Notes under the pieces: model-generated
The model's database searches: none
Told to the model about the DNA's origin: nothing
Seen by the model: only the letters and a program-made list of their open reading frames with translations
Part shown: positions 1 to 11,102 of the stretch, one piece after another
Layout: every line of letters begins with the position of its first letter
Position numbering within the stretch: the stretch's first letter is position 1
NCBI GenBank assembly: GCA_040437565.1
Contig: JBDOQK010000019.1
Coordinates: 372,001-436,000, forward strand
Length of the DNA: 64,000 nucleotides
Direction: 5' to 3'
Source of the DNA: Albugo candida
Lineage: Eukaryota
Program-made: the position numbers and the translations under genes

Positions 1-1
1 G

Positions 2-1323
2 ATGTCTGGAACTGACTTGAAGTGTCGGCAAACTTTCGATGCTGAGCCACGCAATATAGTGAATTTTCCGGGACGCTTTCCTCGAAAACGCTTTTAGAAT
101 CAGAAGAGTGAATAGGCTCTTGCTCCTTGCAATGTATAGCATTGAGAAACCAACGAACAATATAGAAAAAACGAGCGAGACGAAGCTTTCGACTTTGTTC
201 ATCGTGGTAATGTCTACGACACACCAACAAGCCGCAGTTTCCATTTGTTTATTGCGTGTGAATCAGTACAGCTTGGCCCAGATTCATTATTCTGCATCAT
301 ATTCGAGATGAGGAATTCTGTACTCGTCTTCGACGGAGGTGTGAAATTTCGCTGCATGTGCATCTCGCTTTGCGCATTTAAAGAGTATACTTTCAGGTCA
401 GAATTGAAGCAAATATCGGAGAAATGTCACCACCAAAGATCATCTTATTGATACCTATTGCAAATATACCGCTACTTTATCGCAAGAGACTTCATCAGAA
501 ATGGCCAAAGAACACTTACGCGTCACGATCAACGCGAATCAAATAATGCGCATCAATTCATCTACGCGTTCAAAAGCTTCAATCTGAAACTCTGCGATCG
601 TGAATGATGTCGTGAAAACAATTGGACATAAAGTGGTGGAGAGCATCGATATAACAGCGTACATCGAAGAGCGTGATGCTTTGGATTTTGTATCTAACAA
701 GTAATTGTTTTCGGAAACTTCACTTGTTGTTCAATATTTGCTCAATGCATCCTCCAGCGCTCAAGTTGGAAAATCTCTCACCAAATCAGCTTCGAAAGCA
801 AAAAACGGAATATGTCGCGCATCAAACAAAGGATCACTTCTATTGTGTGGCCTCAAGACCCTGAGCTACATACAGTACACCATCGATGCGAAGAGCCAGA
901 CACGAGAGATTACGACTCCAACAAACAAGATGAACGACAAAGTGAAAGAATTAAAGCTGGTGGCATCTTTAAAAGGGATATCGCGACGGTGAATAGCTCT
1001 TCCGAAGACTCAGTTACCAAGTTGAAGTCTCCGCCGCATGAGTAGGTCTCAAAGGTCAAGGCTAAAGGGATTATGGACTTATCGAATTGAAGCAGTATCT
1101 ACTTGATCAGCATCACGAATTGGTGCAGGCAAAACAGAGGCACAACACGTTGGAGGACTAAAAGAATAGGATTAAAGTGCTGGAGTAACTATTGGCAAAG
1201 AAGTCGTGTTTCAAACTCAAACGCCAACTACGGTCCTCGTTGGTGAAGCTCAAAGCAAGAAGTATCAATTTGAGACGGAAATCAATGACCATGAACGAAG
1301 TAATCAGTCAGACCACAATATAA
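2..1323 (+). pseudogene. Decayed coding-like sequence of unknown family (Cys-containing stretches followed by a coiled-coil-like tail)
   Basis: Short protein-like ORFs on + (245-451, 705-992, 812-1045, ~1080-1323) are broken by stops and frameshifts; no family recognised. Confidence 0.25.
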
Positions 1324-1802
1324 TCGGCTTTCTGGCAAACAGCTGAATGTTGAACGGCAGAATACAGCAGTAGTGGACAAACAGGGTCCGTACCCAGCTC
1401 AGTTTTAAGGGTGTTCGCCCGTAGTACTTTTATTTAGACACCTTTATGTTACTACAGTTTGGTGGTTATCNNNNNNNNNNNNNNNNNNNNNNNNNNNNNN
1501 NNNNNNNNNNNNNNNNNNNNNNNNNNNNNNNNNNNNNNNNNNNNNNNNNNNNNNNNNNNNNNNNNNNNNNGTTGGTGAAGCTCAAAGCAAGAAGTATCAA
1601 TTTGAGACGGAAATCAATGACCATGAACGAAGTAATCAGTCAGACCACAATATAATCGGCTTTCTGGCAAACAGCTGAATGTTGAACGGCAGAATACAGC
1701 AGTAGTGGACAAACAGGGTCCGTACCCAGCTCAGTTTTAAGGGTGTTCGCCCGTAGTACTTTTATTTAGACACCTTTATGTTACTACAGTTTGGTGGTTA
1801 TC
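1239..1802. repeat. Gap-flanking direct duplication (1239-1470 = 1571-1802), probable assembly overlap
   Basis: Identical ~232 bp on either side of a 100-N gap. Confidence 0.85.
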
Positions 1803-2002
1803 TACTCTATTCTAATCACTAGTATGTAACGCTCTGAAGAGCCCGGTCCAACTCCTATGCAGTTATTTTCTGGTGTAGTTGCCAGCGGTCTTGACACGTC
1901 CATATCTTCATTGAGTAGGTTGATATTTACGTGGAGGAATCTTTGCCTCCGCCGAGGGGCCCCATCGCAGCCCTTTTGCCACCGCCGGGATTCGAACCGG
2001 GG
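1803..2002 (-). mobile_element. tRNA-derived SINE candidate, 5' part lost in the gap
   Basis: Minus strand 2002-1977 reads CCCCGGTTCGAATCCCGGCGGTGGCA (B box, T-arm, acceptor 3' strand). It is followed by a ~175-bp GC-richer body instead of an oligo-T terminator and ends in a TAGA-like tail; contig breaks lie at both ends. Confidence 0.55.
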
Positions 2003-2102
2003 NNNNNNNNNNNNNNNNNNNNNNNNNNNNNNNNNNNNNNNNNNNNNNNNNNNNNNNNNNNNNNNNNNNNNNNNNNNNNNNNNNNNNNNNNNNNNNNNNN
2101 NN

Positions 2103-2330
2103 TTGTTCAATCACTTTACCAACTCTAACCAGTTGTTGGGGACACGTCAAACAACCAAAGTAAACTCGCCAAGTCGACATCACCACTTCCCTAGTGGGAA
2201 TCGTCTCGCGAAAGGTGTCATACACCACTTGACACCCGAGTTTGTGTAGAGCGCGGAGAATGTTGTTCCGTTCTTCCTCCACGCCCACACCGAACACATC
2301 GAGGTAGTACTTTGTTTCAAGAGTATCAAA
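2103..2330 (-). mobile_element. Fragment resembling ORF1 (gag-like) of an oomycete non-LTR retrotransposon
   Basis: KYYLDVFG...LGCQVVYDTFRE...STWRVYFGCLTCPQQLVRVGKVIEQ, truncated by the gap; resemblance recalled from memory, not searched. Confidence 0.35.
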
Positions 2331-2392
2331 CTCCCGAGATCAACAGAGCTCAAGTGATAGAAAATATGAGAGCAAAAAGTAAAAAGGATATA

Positions 2393-3067
2393 TTATATTA
2401 TTAATTGATAGGGGTTTACATTAGCACAGATTTCATCATATCCGACAAATGTCTCCACTGCCTCCTGTAAAGCTTGGAGTTCATCCAGGTAAGCTTCCAA
2501 GAGATTTCTGTATCCACGCTCCAAGGACAAGAAATCCATATAGTCCTCCATTATAATGCATCGGTCGTATTCCCAGCCGATAGCGATAACATCCATGCAA
2601 TCGGCTTTCGCCTGTTGAACTGGGGAAGAATTTCCCGTTTCCACACCTCCTTCAATTTACGCTTGATTTCATCTGACTTGATAAAGTACAGGTCCTCCTA
2701 GAATGCGGCCGCTGGACGCAACGTCACCTCTTTCCGGCTGCGTCATCGGGTCGAGCGTCAATTTCCGCACGGCGAGCAATATTTTGAGCTCGTGCATGAC
2801 GCATTGTTTCGTCACCGAGATAATTTCCACGGCGGTGGTGATGGTCTACACCGCCTCACATGCATCCGGATCTGCCGATCCATTCCAGCGCTTCCACTGC
2901 GCACGGAGTTGAACTGCACATGCAGCAAAGGCGTCAGCGATACGTTTCAACAAGTCGATCAAGTAAGCTAGCATTTTTGTAGTAATCTTCGAAAAATGAC
3001 GTACCTTTTCGCTGGTCGACGACCTTCGTCGTTGCCGATCATTGAATTCGAGTCTGCGAGAAATCAT
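2393..3067 (-). pseudogene. Decayed ORF of unknown function
   Basis: ORFs 2846-3067 and 2393-2644 are in the same frame, separated by several in-frame stops. Confidence 0.35.
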
Positions 3068-3307
3068 GTCAATCAGAATGGATTACATAGCTATGTGTTT
3101 ACACCATCAAAGGCGAACGTATCTAAGGTATGATACGTAAGCCATGCTTATCTGGCTTGATCCAGGTTGAAAGTCAATAAGAGGAGAAAGAGGTCGATAA
3201 TGTTCGATAAATACAAATATATATACTAATCTATTGTTCGGAATTTCATATATTCTTCAACCACAATGGCACTGGAGCTATTTCTATCTTAATAACGCTT
3301 ACACAGT

Positions 3308-6300
3308 ATGAAATCACCTTTTCGCATTGAACGTAGTGAGAAAAGTTGGGAATGGGTTTTGCTCATACTGGAAAATGAAAAGGTGAGTCGACTTAGACGT
3401 GAAGACCTTCTCCTATTCTCAATAGAGTTTGTAGTGTTCGTGGAAAGTATTGGATTCCGTATTCATAGAGCGTCAGAGAATCGCTTCGTGGTTCTATCTC
3501 GACGGAAACAACACTGTACAACGCAAAAGAATCACTGAGCTGAGCCCAGCCAGCGTTTCGGCAAGATTCAGCTGTCAGAAGTCTAATGCGCGAGGCTTTG
3601 TAGCCATCAAAAGTGAAAGTTGCGGAGCAATACGACCGCATTCTCTCAACGCAGCAGAGCTAGACATTATTTTGGAATCTCTTTCGAACGCGAATGATTG
3701 TTTGCTGTGTCCATACGCTTCCAGCGTCAAAGCTTTGGAATATATTGAACATCAATGGGTCGAACTTTCTCCAAGACGCCAGGAAACGACGTGGTTGCTT
3801 TCCCACGGCCAACGACGCCATTTGAATGATTTCGCAATAGTAAACGCTATTCAGTCCAATGTTTCTTGGCTTGTCAGGTTTTTATGTGTCAAATATATGG
3901 ACGAATAAACCGGTTTGAACGATTTTGTAGGCTTATTGAGAAGAAAAATGATTGCTGCGTGGAAGCCTGTACGACTTTATGGATTCGCCAGGAAGAAGGG
4001 AAGCTCGTTTTATGGCGAACAGCTTCACTTGCAACGTATTCGTCCAATACGGCTGCCGAAATCAGTCAAAATCATAACGGCTCACAATATAAAATCAACG
4101 ATAGCACTCCTTTGGACGACCTCAACGTCGCTGCTCCAGTGTTACCACGTGATCTGAAATACAAGCTAAAAAAGGTCGCACTTCCGATTTTTGAATTACA
4201 AGCAAACGGTAATTCGGAAGCACTGTGGCGACCGCTTTGGGAATATTCAAAAGAGCTTGCGCTTGATCGCATCACGAGAGGCGATGCAGCTGAATTTCAC
4301 AGCTTCCATTCTCCGTACCCCGCGATAGAAATGGTCGCATGTGCTGCTAGCTCTTTGCTAAGCAATCGACGGATCCAAGAATGGCGAGCTGCCAAATCAC
4401 ATTTTACCATCGAGAATATCAGAGCTTCTCTACAGAACTTTCAGCTGGAAAATGTCTCCTTTCCAGTTGTGCTGCATGTCGCAACATACGCTCGCAATCC
4501 TCGGTTTCGACCGACAGAACTTGGATTGATCAATGGATGTGCCTCCAAATTTTGCGATTGGACTCTTTCGATTTTGCAAGCTTTTGCATGGAGGAATGCG
4601 TTTGCTTTTCGAAATTATTCGGAAGTCTTTCGACTTCTCAGTACTTTGAAACCGGAATTCAACCGAAAGACTCAAAAGCCTAATTTAGAGTCCAACGATG
4701 AGGTTTTGGATCATCAGGTCAAAAAAGCTCCTCGGAAAACATATGTGAGAAGCAGAACGGAAATCCGCTTACATTCTCTCCTTCCTCGAGCTCTTGATCG
4801 GTCGCAAGGCATATTCAGCTGCAAAGACGGCGTATCGNNNNNNNNNNNNNNNNNNNNNNNNNNNNNNNNNNNNNNNNNNNNNNNNNNNNNNNNNNNNNNN
4901 NNNNNNNNNNNNNNNNNNNNNNNNNNNNNNNNNNNNNTCATCGTGTTTCAGGATTTATTTGACACAATGGAGAGTATGAAGGCTTACTTCCTGTCATTTC
5001 TGGAAGCTCAGGATGGTGTAGGCATGCTACTGTTCAATCTCCCAGGTCAAGCAAATACATCGTATCCCTCTCAATCGACCTCAACTGCTACTTCACCCTC
5101 GAAGAGTGTATTGAGTAATTTATGGCTCGCGAGTAGAGTGAATGAGTTACTCGAGGATTTAAGGATACTTACAAGTACTCGATCGTTTCACGTGATCGGC
5201 TTTGGGAACGGTGGGAATGTTGCGTCAGCTTGGTCGGCTTTGTATGGCGCTCGAATAAAATATCGCGAGGCATTCCGGTCGCTTGTACTGTGCAACCCGT
5301 TCGCCAAGGTTGATGATTGTTTGACCAGCATTCTGCATGATTGCATCAAGAAATTCTCATGCTTTCCGTCCTCACACCCAGAGCTTCCCTCAGCATATCT
5401 TCAAAAGCTTTTATACTCAACTCCGTTTCTTGCGCGAGTTGAGTCAAAAATCGATCGGTGGGTGGACCCAGAATGTTGGAATAACATCACATTAGATGGA
5501 CGTATACAAATATGCAAGGGCGCATTATGCCATACGGACCTGACACCTCATCTACAATCACTCTGTCACGTTCCATTGATCCTANNNNNNNNNNNNNNNN
5601 NNNNNNNNNNNNNNNNNNNNNNNNNNNNNNNNNNNNNNNNNNNNNNNNNNNNNNNNNNNNNNNNNNNNNNNNNNNNNNNNNNNNGACCTGACACCTCATC
5701 TACAATCACTCTGTCACGTTCCATTGATCCTAGTTCAAGGTACTCAGGACGCTTTAGTGAGGTCTGAAAATGCAGAAACGTTTTTACAGTTTCGACAGCG
5801 AGTTGTTCATTTGAGGCAGACTCAATTTCGTGAGGATATTGCGAGTCTGCGAATTTCTGAGAAGATGAGCGAGTTATGGCGAGATGGAGAAGCGGGTGCA
5901 TTGGCCGTCTGGTTGGAAGCGGGGCATGAAGCTCGTTATGAGGCCAAGGACGCACTGATCACCGTGTTGACGACTTTGGTGCATTTTGAGGGAGGTCAGA
6001 GTCGCAAGGACTTGGGAGGAAACGCGAAAGCTCAGGAAAACGAGAAAGTATGGGATGGAATACAGACGGATGGTGAGCGCTCGGGTGAGGTAATGGAATC
6101 GTGTTTGGATAAGCTTCGAAGAGAGCAAGTAATGCGTCGACATGAATGGGAACGTTCATTCACGTTAAGTATTCCAAGAAGTTTGACCGATACGGAACCA
6201 GTTTCATTTAAAGATACAATAGCTATTGTGCCTGCCCGAGAAAATCTGAGTTTTCCAACATTTGCAAGATTACGAACACTTCCAGTAGCAAGGATACAGA

Positions 6301-8835
6301 AAGAACCTTCGAAATATGATATTCTTGGTTTGGGTCGCGTTCATAAAATTGAGCTTTTATCACAATGCCCTAGAACGGAGAAAAAGACTCAGGCTGAATA
6401 TGCGATTTGTATTCAAAGATATACTAGAGGATATGTTGGAAGAAAGAGAATGGTTCGTGTGCGTGCGTCGCGTCGCATTACTCGGTTTGCGAGAAGATTG
6501 TTGCTTGTGAAGCGATGGAAGTATACAGTTGAATGCCTTTTTTTCGAAAATGAAAAGCGTCGGGTTGCCGCAGGAAAACTACAATCATTTTGGCGGCGAC
6601 GATCGACTCATCGGCTGTACCAACAAAAACGACAAAGTGCGAGTAGTATCATGANNNNNNNNNNNNNNNNNNNNNNNNNNNNNNNNNNNNNNNNNNNNNN
6701 NNNNNNNNNNNNNNNNNNNNNNNNNNNNNNNNNNNNNNNNNNNNNNNNNNNNNNGATTACGAACACTTCCAGTAGCAAGGATACAGAAAGAACCTTCGAA
6801 ATATGATATTCTTGGTTTGGATCGCGTTCATAAAAATGAACTTTTGTCACAATGCCCTAGAAGGGAGAAAAAGACTCAGGCTGAATATGCGATTTGTATT
6901 CAAAGATATACTAGAGAATATGTTGGAAGAAAGAGAATGGCTCGTGTGCGTGCGTCGCGTCGCATTACTCGGTTTGCGAGAATATTTTTGCTTGTGAAGC
7001 GATGGAAATATATAGTTGAATGCCTTTTTTTGGAGAATGAAAAGCGTCGGGTTGCGGCAGGAAAACTACAATCACTTTGGCGGCGACGATCGACTCATCG
7101 GCTGTACCAACAAAAACGACAAAGTGCGAGTAGTATCATGATACAACGTGTCTCTCGTGGGTATCGTTGTCGTGTAAAAGTGGCCGCAAGACGTGAACAG
7201 CGGGACAAAAATCGACAGAAACAGCTGAGTGCCATAAAATTTCAGTCGATTTTTTGGAGAATGTTTGTTTATCAAAAGACGCATCGAAAATGGCGGTATA
7301 CCTTTCAAGCCGCTCGAACTATACAGAAAGTATACCGGGGTCATTTGGGTCGGCGTCAAGTAGCTCAAAAACAGCGTTGGAATGCCGCTTCTCACGGCCA
7401 AGAACGTCTTGAGCTGGGCCTTGAGATGATTGAGAGCTCTAAAAAAGCTTTTGATAAGCAAAAAAGTGAGTTGGACGAATTACATCGAGCCCAGCAGATC
7501 ACAGAAGTTCAGATGAATGCACTTCAAACAGAGCTTCGTGCTTCCGAGCTTGACATCAGTGCGCTAACAGCGGAAATACAGTCGCTTGTTGAGCCAAAGG
7601 TTTCAACGCAAATGGATTCCCGAACAGAGACATCAATTGCGTGGGAACGAAAGAAAAAGAACCTAGAATTGGAACTATCAAGTGTTTGGGAGCTTGTGGA
7701 GGAAAAGCGGGCGACATTGACCGAAATGGAAGGGAAATTGGCTGAAATGGAAGTTGTACGACAACGCAAAGATCGAGAATTTACAAGGTTACAGCGTAAT
7801 TTAATGGAACTTTTAAATGAACAAAAATTGGAGCTTGAAAATCTTCGTGAGAAAGGGATCGAACTTGAGAATGCGACTGCCACGTCAGCCGCTGCTGCAG
7901 CTATTACCGCAACAAAGGCTAAAGAGAATGAATTTCGATCGCGGGAAATGTTCGAGTCCACTGAGGAATTGCTCAAATTTCAGTTCATGTCCATGTCTTT
8001 ATCCTATTTTAGCTCCATCAACATGCTTAAGAATCTGCGGGAAATGAACTCTGACACGACAAATGCCGCTTTATCCAGCACGGCGGAGAGTGCTGCTGCT
8101 GCATCGGCTGCTGCAATGGCAGCAAATCTCAAGCCTTTCAGCCATTTGTCGCCTGGAAGAACAGCACTTGTTGAGTGTCAAAACCCCTCTGATGCACCAT
8201 ATTCGAGGGAAAGCCAACGAGTGACACTTCCAACAAATGTGTTTGATTGGACAATTCAACATGTTGGTGTATGGCTGGATACACTATCTCTGAGTCAGTA
8301 TAAAGGCGCTTTTTTAGAGGCCGCTGTGGACGGAGAGTTTCTACTTGAATTGCGACCCGAAGATTTGAGTGAGAACCTTGGTGTGTGCCACAAATTGCAC
8401 GTTCAAAAAATTCTGATTGCTCGAAAAAAGTTGTTGTCTCACACGGCCGCTGCAAACTCTGAGAATGATCGAATTGATCTTAAAGCCACACATTCGGATA
8501 ACACACAAGAAAATGTATTCTCCCAAGCTCGGAATGGAAGAGTGGAGTTAATCGAACAAAGTCTGAAAGCAGGCTTTCCTATTAACAAACGGGACGACAA
8601 GGGAAATACGCTCCTAATTGTCGCATGTCAAAATGCTAATCGTTCATTGGTCGAATTTTTATTAAATCAGAAAGCAGATATCAATACACAGAATTTACAA
8701 GGGAACACAGCACTTCATTACGCTTTTGCCTATGACACTACTGGGGTTTTGGCAGAATATATGATTGGCCAGGGCGCTGATGACACCATTGAAAATGTGT
8801 TTGGATTATCTCCATATGATGGACCCAGTATCTGA
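3308..8835 (+). CDS. Multidomain protein: N-terminal unknown region, alpha/beta-hydrolase fold (nucleophile-less), IQ motifs, coiled coil, SAM domain, ankyrin repeats
   Basis: Phase-0 introns 3383-3434 and 3840-3877 join the ORFs, and removing the overlap at the 5585 gap fuses ORF 3866 to ORF 5724 (VPLILVQGTQD). Motifs: FNLPGQ, HVIGFGNGG, GTQDALV, AGHE; IQRYTRGY, IQRVSRGY, IQKVYRGH; WTIQHVGVWL..LSLSQY..F....VDGEFLL (SAM); GNTLLIVAC, GNTALHYA (ANK). Start codon uncertain. Confidence 0.75.
6268..7141. repeat. Diverged direct duplication across a gap (6268-6654 vs 6755-7141)
   Basis: 387-bp copies differ at about 15 positions by eye. Confidence 0.85.
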
Positions 8836-9048
8836 TCGGTTAAAGGGATGAAAGTTGTATGGCTTTTGGAGGTAGTGGATTGGGGGTACACATGATCAAC
8901 GATAGTATTGCGACACAGAATAAATTATACAAGCATTATTATACCGTAATCTACGTATTGATTTACCCGAGTTAACGAACTTGATTTAACGGTTGTGAAT
9001 CCCAACCACAGAATTGAGCGCAAGTGGCAAAAAACTTGCCTCAAAAAA

Positions 9049-11073
9049 ATGTCTTCCACGTCCAATCAGATAATATTGCGGTCCACTTCTGCGCAACCTT
9101 TGAGATTTTTAGACCATGAAGATATTACCTGTTCTTCGCGATCCAATCCGCAAAGAACGTTAGAGCCAACTTTATCTACTGAAGTAATTCCTTTTGATTC
9201 TAAACCGCCAAACGAAACAATACCGCATCTGGAGCAGGAATATTGGAGCACAGGTCAGCTTGCGATGGACGCACTTAAGACTTATTGCCTGGAAAATAAA
9301 AAATCCTGCAAACTTGACAAGCCACGCAGTGGTGGGAACATCAAATATATCATTTGCACAAGCGCTACACCTTGTCCTTGGTTCGTTAAGATCAGTCGTG
9401 TTCGAAAATCGGCAAAGTTTGGGGCTCCAGGAGCCTGGCGAGTGAGTAGTAAATGTCTGGAGCATCGAAATTGTGTGGGGCTTCCTGCACCCCGTGCAAA
9501 AGATTTAGCTCGACTTCCATTGTTCCAAGAGCTTATCCATGCGAATCCTGACATACCGGTTCGTTATCTGAAAGCGCAACTAATGGCCAGTGTTGCCTTA
9601 TTACCGAATGAAAGGACAATTTATCGTGCTAAGGATAAATTAACATTTGCTGCTATGGATCAGCCGTATATAACAAGTTTTCAGTATATAACCCCTTTTT
9701 TGGAAAAATTGGAGCAACTCAATCCGGGAACAAAAACAGCGTGTGAAACCGAGCAAGATGAGTCACGATTCAAACGAGCTATTATTATACCATCTGTCTC
9801 AATTCAAGCGAGTCAAGGCGCGTTACAAAACGTGTATGGGCTAGAAATGACTCGATTTCAAAATAGACAATATAAAGGATATCAGGTAACAGTGATAGGA
9901 AAAGATGGTGCGATGGAGGAGTTATTGATAGCAATTGCAGTCGTTCCGTTTAATGACACTGAAAATTTGACTTGGGTTTTGAATAAAGTTCAACAAGCAG
10001 GCATTTCTCTGGACAAACATGTTCTAATTGTACCCAATCGTACCAAAGCTCAACGAGCTGTTGGAAGCACGGCACTTGAATTTATTCAGTGTACACGCCA
10101 TCTAATCGACTCACTGGTGGACTCACGCAAATTAGCGCCTCGATCCGCTGGGTACGTTTGGCAGGCTCAAGGTGCCGAAACCCGCGACGAGTTTGAAACT
10201 GTTATGAACACGTTAAAGAAAACCGATCCCGAAGCGGTTCGGTCTCTCTTGAAATTGGATCCTCGAACTTGGGCGGTTTATGCCAATTCAGACCGAAGGT
10301 TATACGGATGGAATACCACGCGTTTTGAAGATTTAGAGCAGCATTTTGCAGCAGCCGCGTCGTCAGGATCGGATGTTCAAGCTTCAGGTGATTTGGCCTC
10401 CGGAACAAGATTGAGCGAGGAAGACAAATCGCGAACCTTATCCCCGTACGACTTTTTATCCAGTTATATCGGGGAAATGATGACCACCGTATTCCATCGG
10501 AATCAGAATGCCCAAAAATGGAGTCAGATGCATTTGTTTGTGACACCAGCTGCCGAACAGATGTTTCAAGAAGAAATGAAGCACGTCGGTGAGTATTTGG
10601 TTCGACCTTGTAAGGATGATATTGTCTTTGTAAAGCATACTTCCCATGGAAGTCGGACTCGAAAAGTAGATCTAGCACAAAAGTACTGCTCGTGTCTCCT
10701 TTTTAATCAGCATGGACTTCCGTGTCGCCATATTGTCGCCGCATTACATTGGAAAAAGGCTATGGGAAGCGCGTACACATTTTTTGATCCATGTTATCGT
10801 GTGGCTTCTTATGCGAATATATTTCAAAATAAATGGCTCGAGTTTCCTTTGCACGAAGATCTCGATCGAGACGAGAATTTACTTCCGCCCAAGAAAATGA
10901 TATCCACAAAAATCCTAAGTACAACTGAAAATGGTTCGGTGCCCAAAAAACGGAAACGATCGAACACGAAGGATGTTAGAACTTATAAATGCTCCATTTG
11001 TAACAGTTTGGATCATAACCGCAGAACGTGTTCGAGCGGGTGGCTCGAGGCACAATCGAGCGAACAAGTATAA
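9049..11073 (+). CDS. Mutator-like (MULE) transposase-derived protein with SWIM zinc finger and C-terminal zinc knuckle; probably domesticated
   Basis: Intronless 674-aa ORF with an N-terminal C..CPW...H.C DNA-binding-type region, MULE core (CTRH), SWIM CSCLLFNQHGLPCRH and CSICNSLDHNRRTC. Confidence 0.85.
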   Translation: MSSTSNQIILRSTSAQPLRFLDHEDITCSSRSNPQRTLEPTLSTEVIPFDSKPPNETIPHLEQEYWSTGQLAMDALKTYCLENKKSCKLDKPRSGGNIKYIICTSATPCPWFVKISRVRKSAKFGAPGAWRVSSKCLEHRNCVGLPAPRAKDLARLPLFQELIHANPDIPVRYLKAQLMASVALLPNERTIYRAKDKLTFAAMDQPYITSFQYITPFLEKLEQLNPGTKTACETEQDESRFKRAIIIPSVSIQASQGALQNVYGLEMTRFQNRQYKGYQVTVIGKDGAMEELLIAIAVVPFNDTENLTWVLNKVQQAGISLDKHVLIVPNRTKAQRAVGSTALEFIQCTRHLIDSLVDSRKLAPRSAGYVWQAQGAETRDEFETVMNTLKKTDPEAVRSLLKLDPRTWAVYANSDRRLYGWNTTRFEDLEQHFAAAASSGSDVQASGDLASGTRLSEEDKSRTLSPYDFLSSYIGEMMTTVFHRNQNAQKWSQMHLFVTPAAEQMFQEEMKHVGEYLVRPCKDDIVFVKHTSHGSRTRKVDLAQKYCSCLLFNQHGLPCRHIVAALHWKKAMGSAYTFFDPCYRVASYANIFQNKWLEFPLHEDLDRDENLLPPKKMISTKILSTTENGSVPKKRKRSNTKDVRTYKCSICNSLDHNRRTCSSGWLEAQSSEQV

Positions 11074-11102
11074 CCGATACAATCATTCAGGCTCTATTAC
11101 AG

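Noticed and set aside
1977-2002. Functional tRNA gene
   Set aside because: Only the 3' third is visible, the T-stem has a mismatch and no oligo-T terminator follows; treated as a SINE head
5537-5732. Apparent frameshift between ORFs 3866 and 5724
   Set aside because: Caused by a 48-bp overlap duplicate plus the N gap; removing it restores one frame
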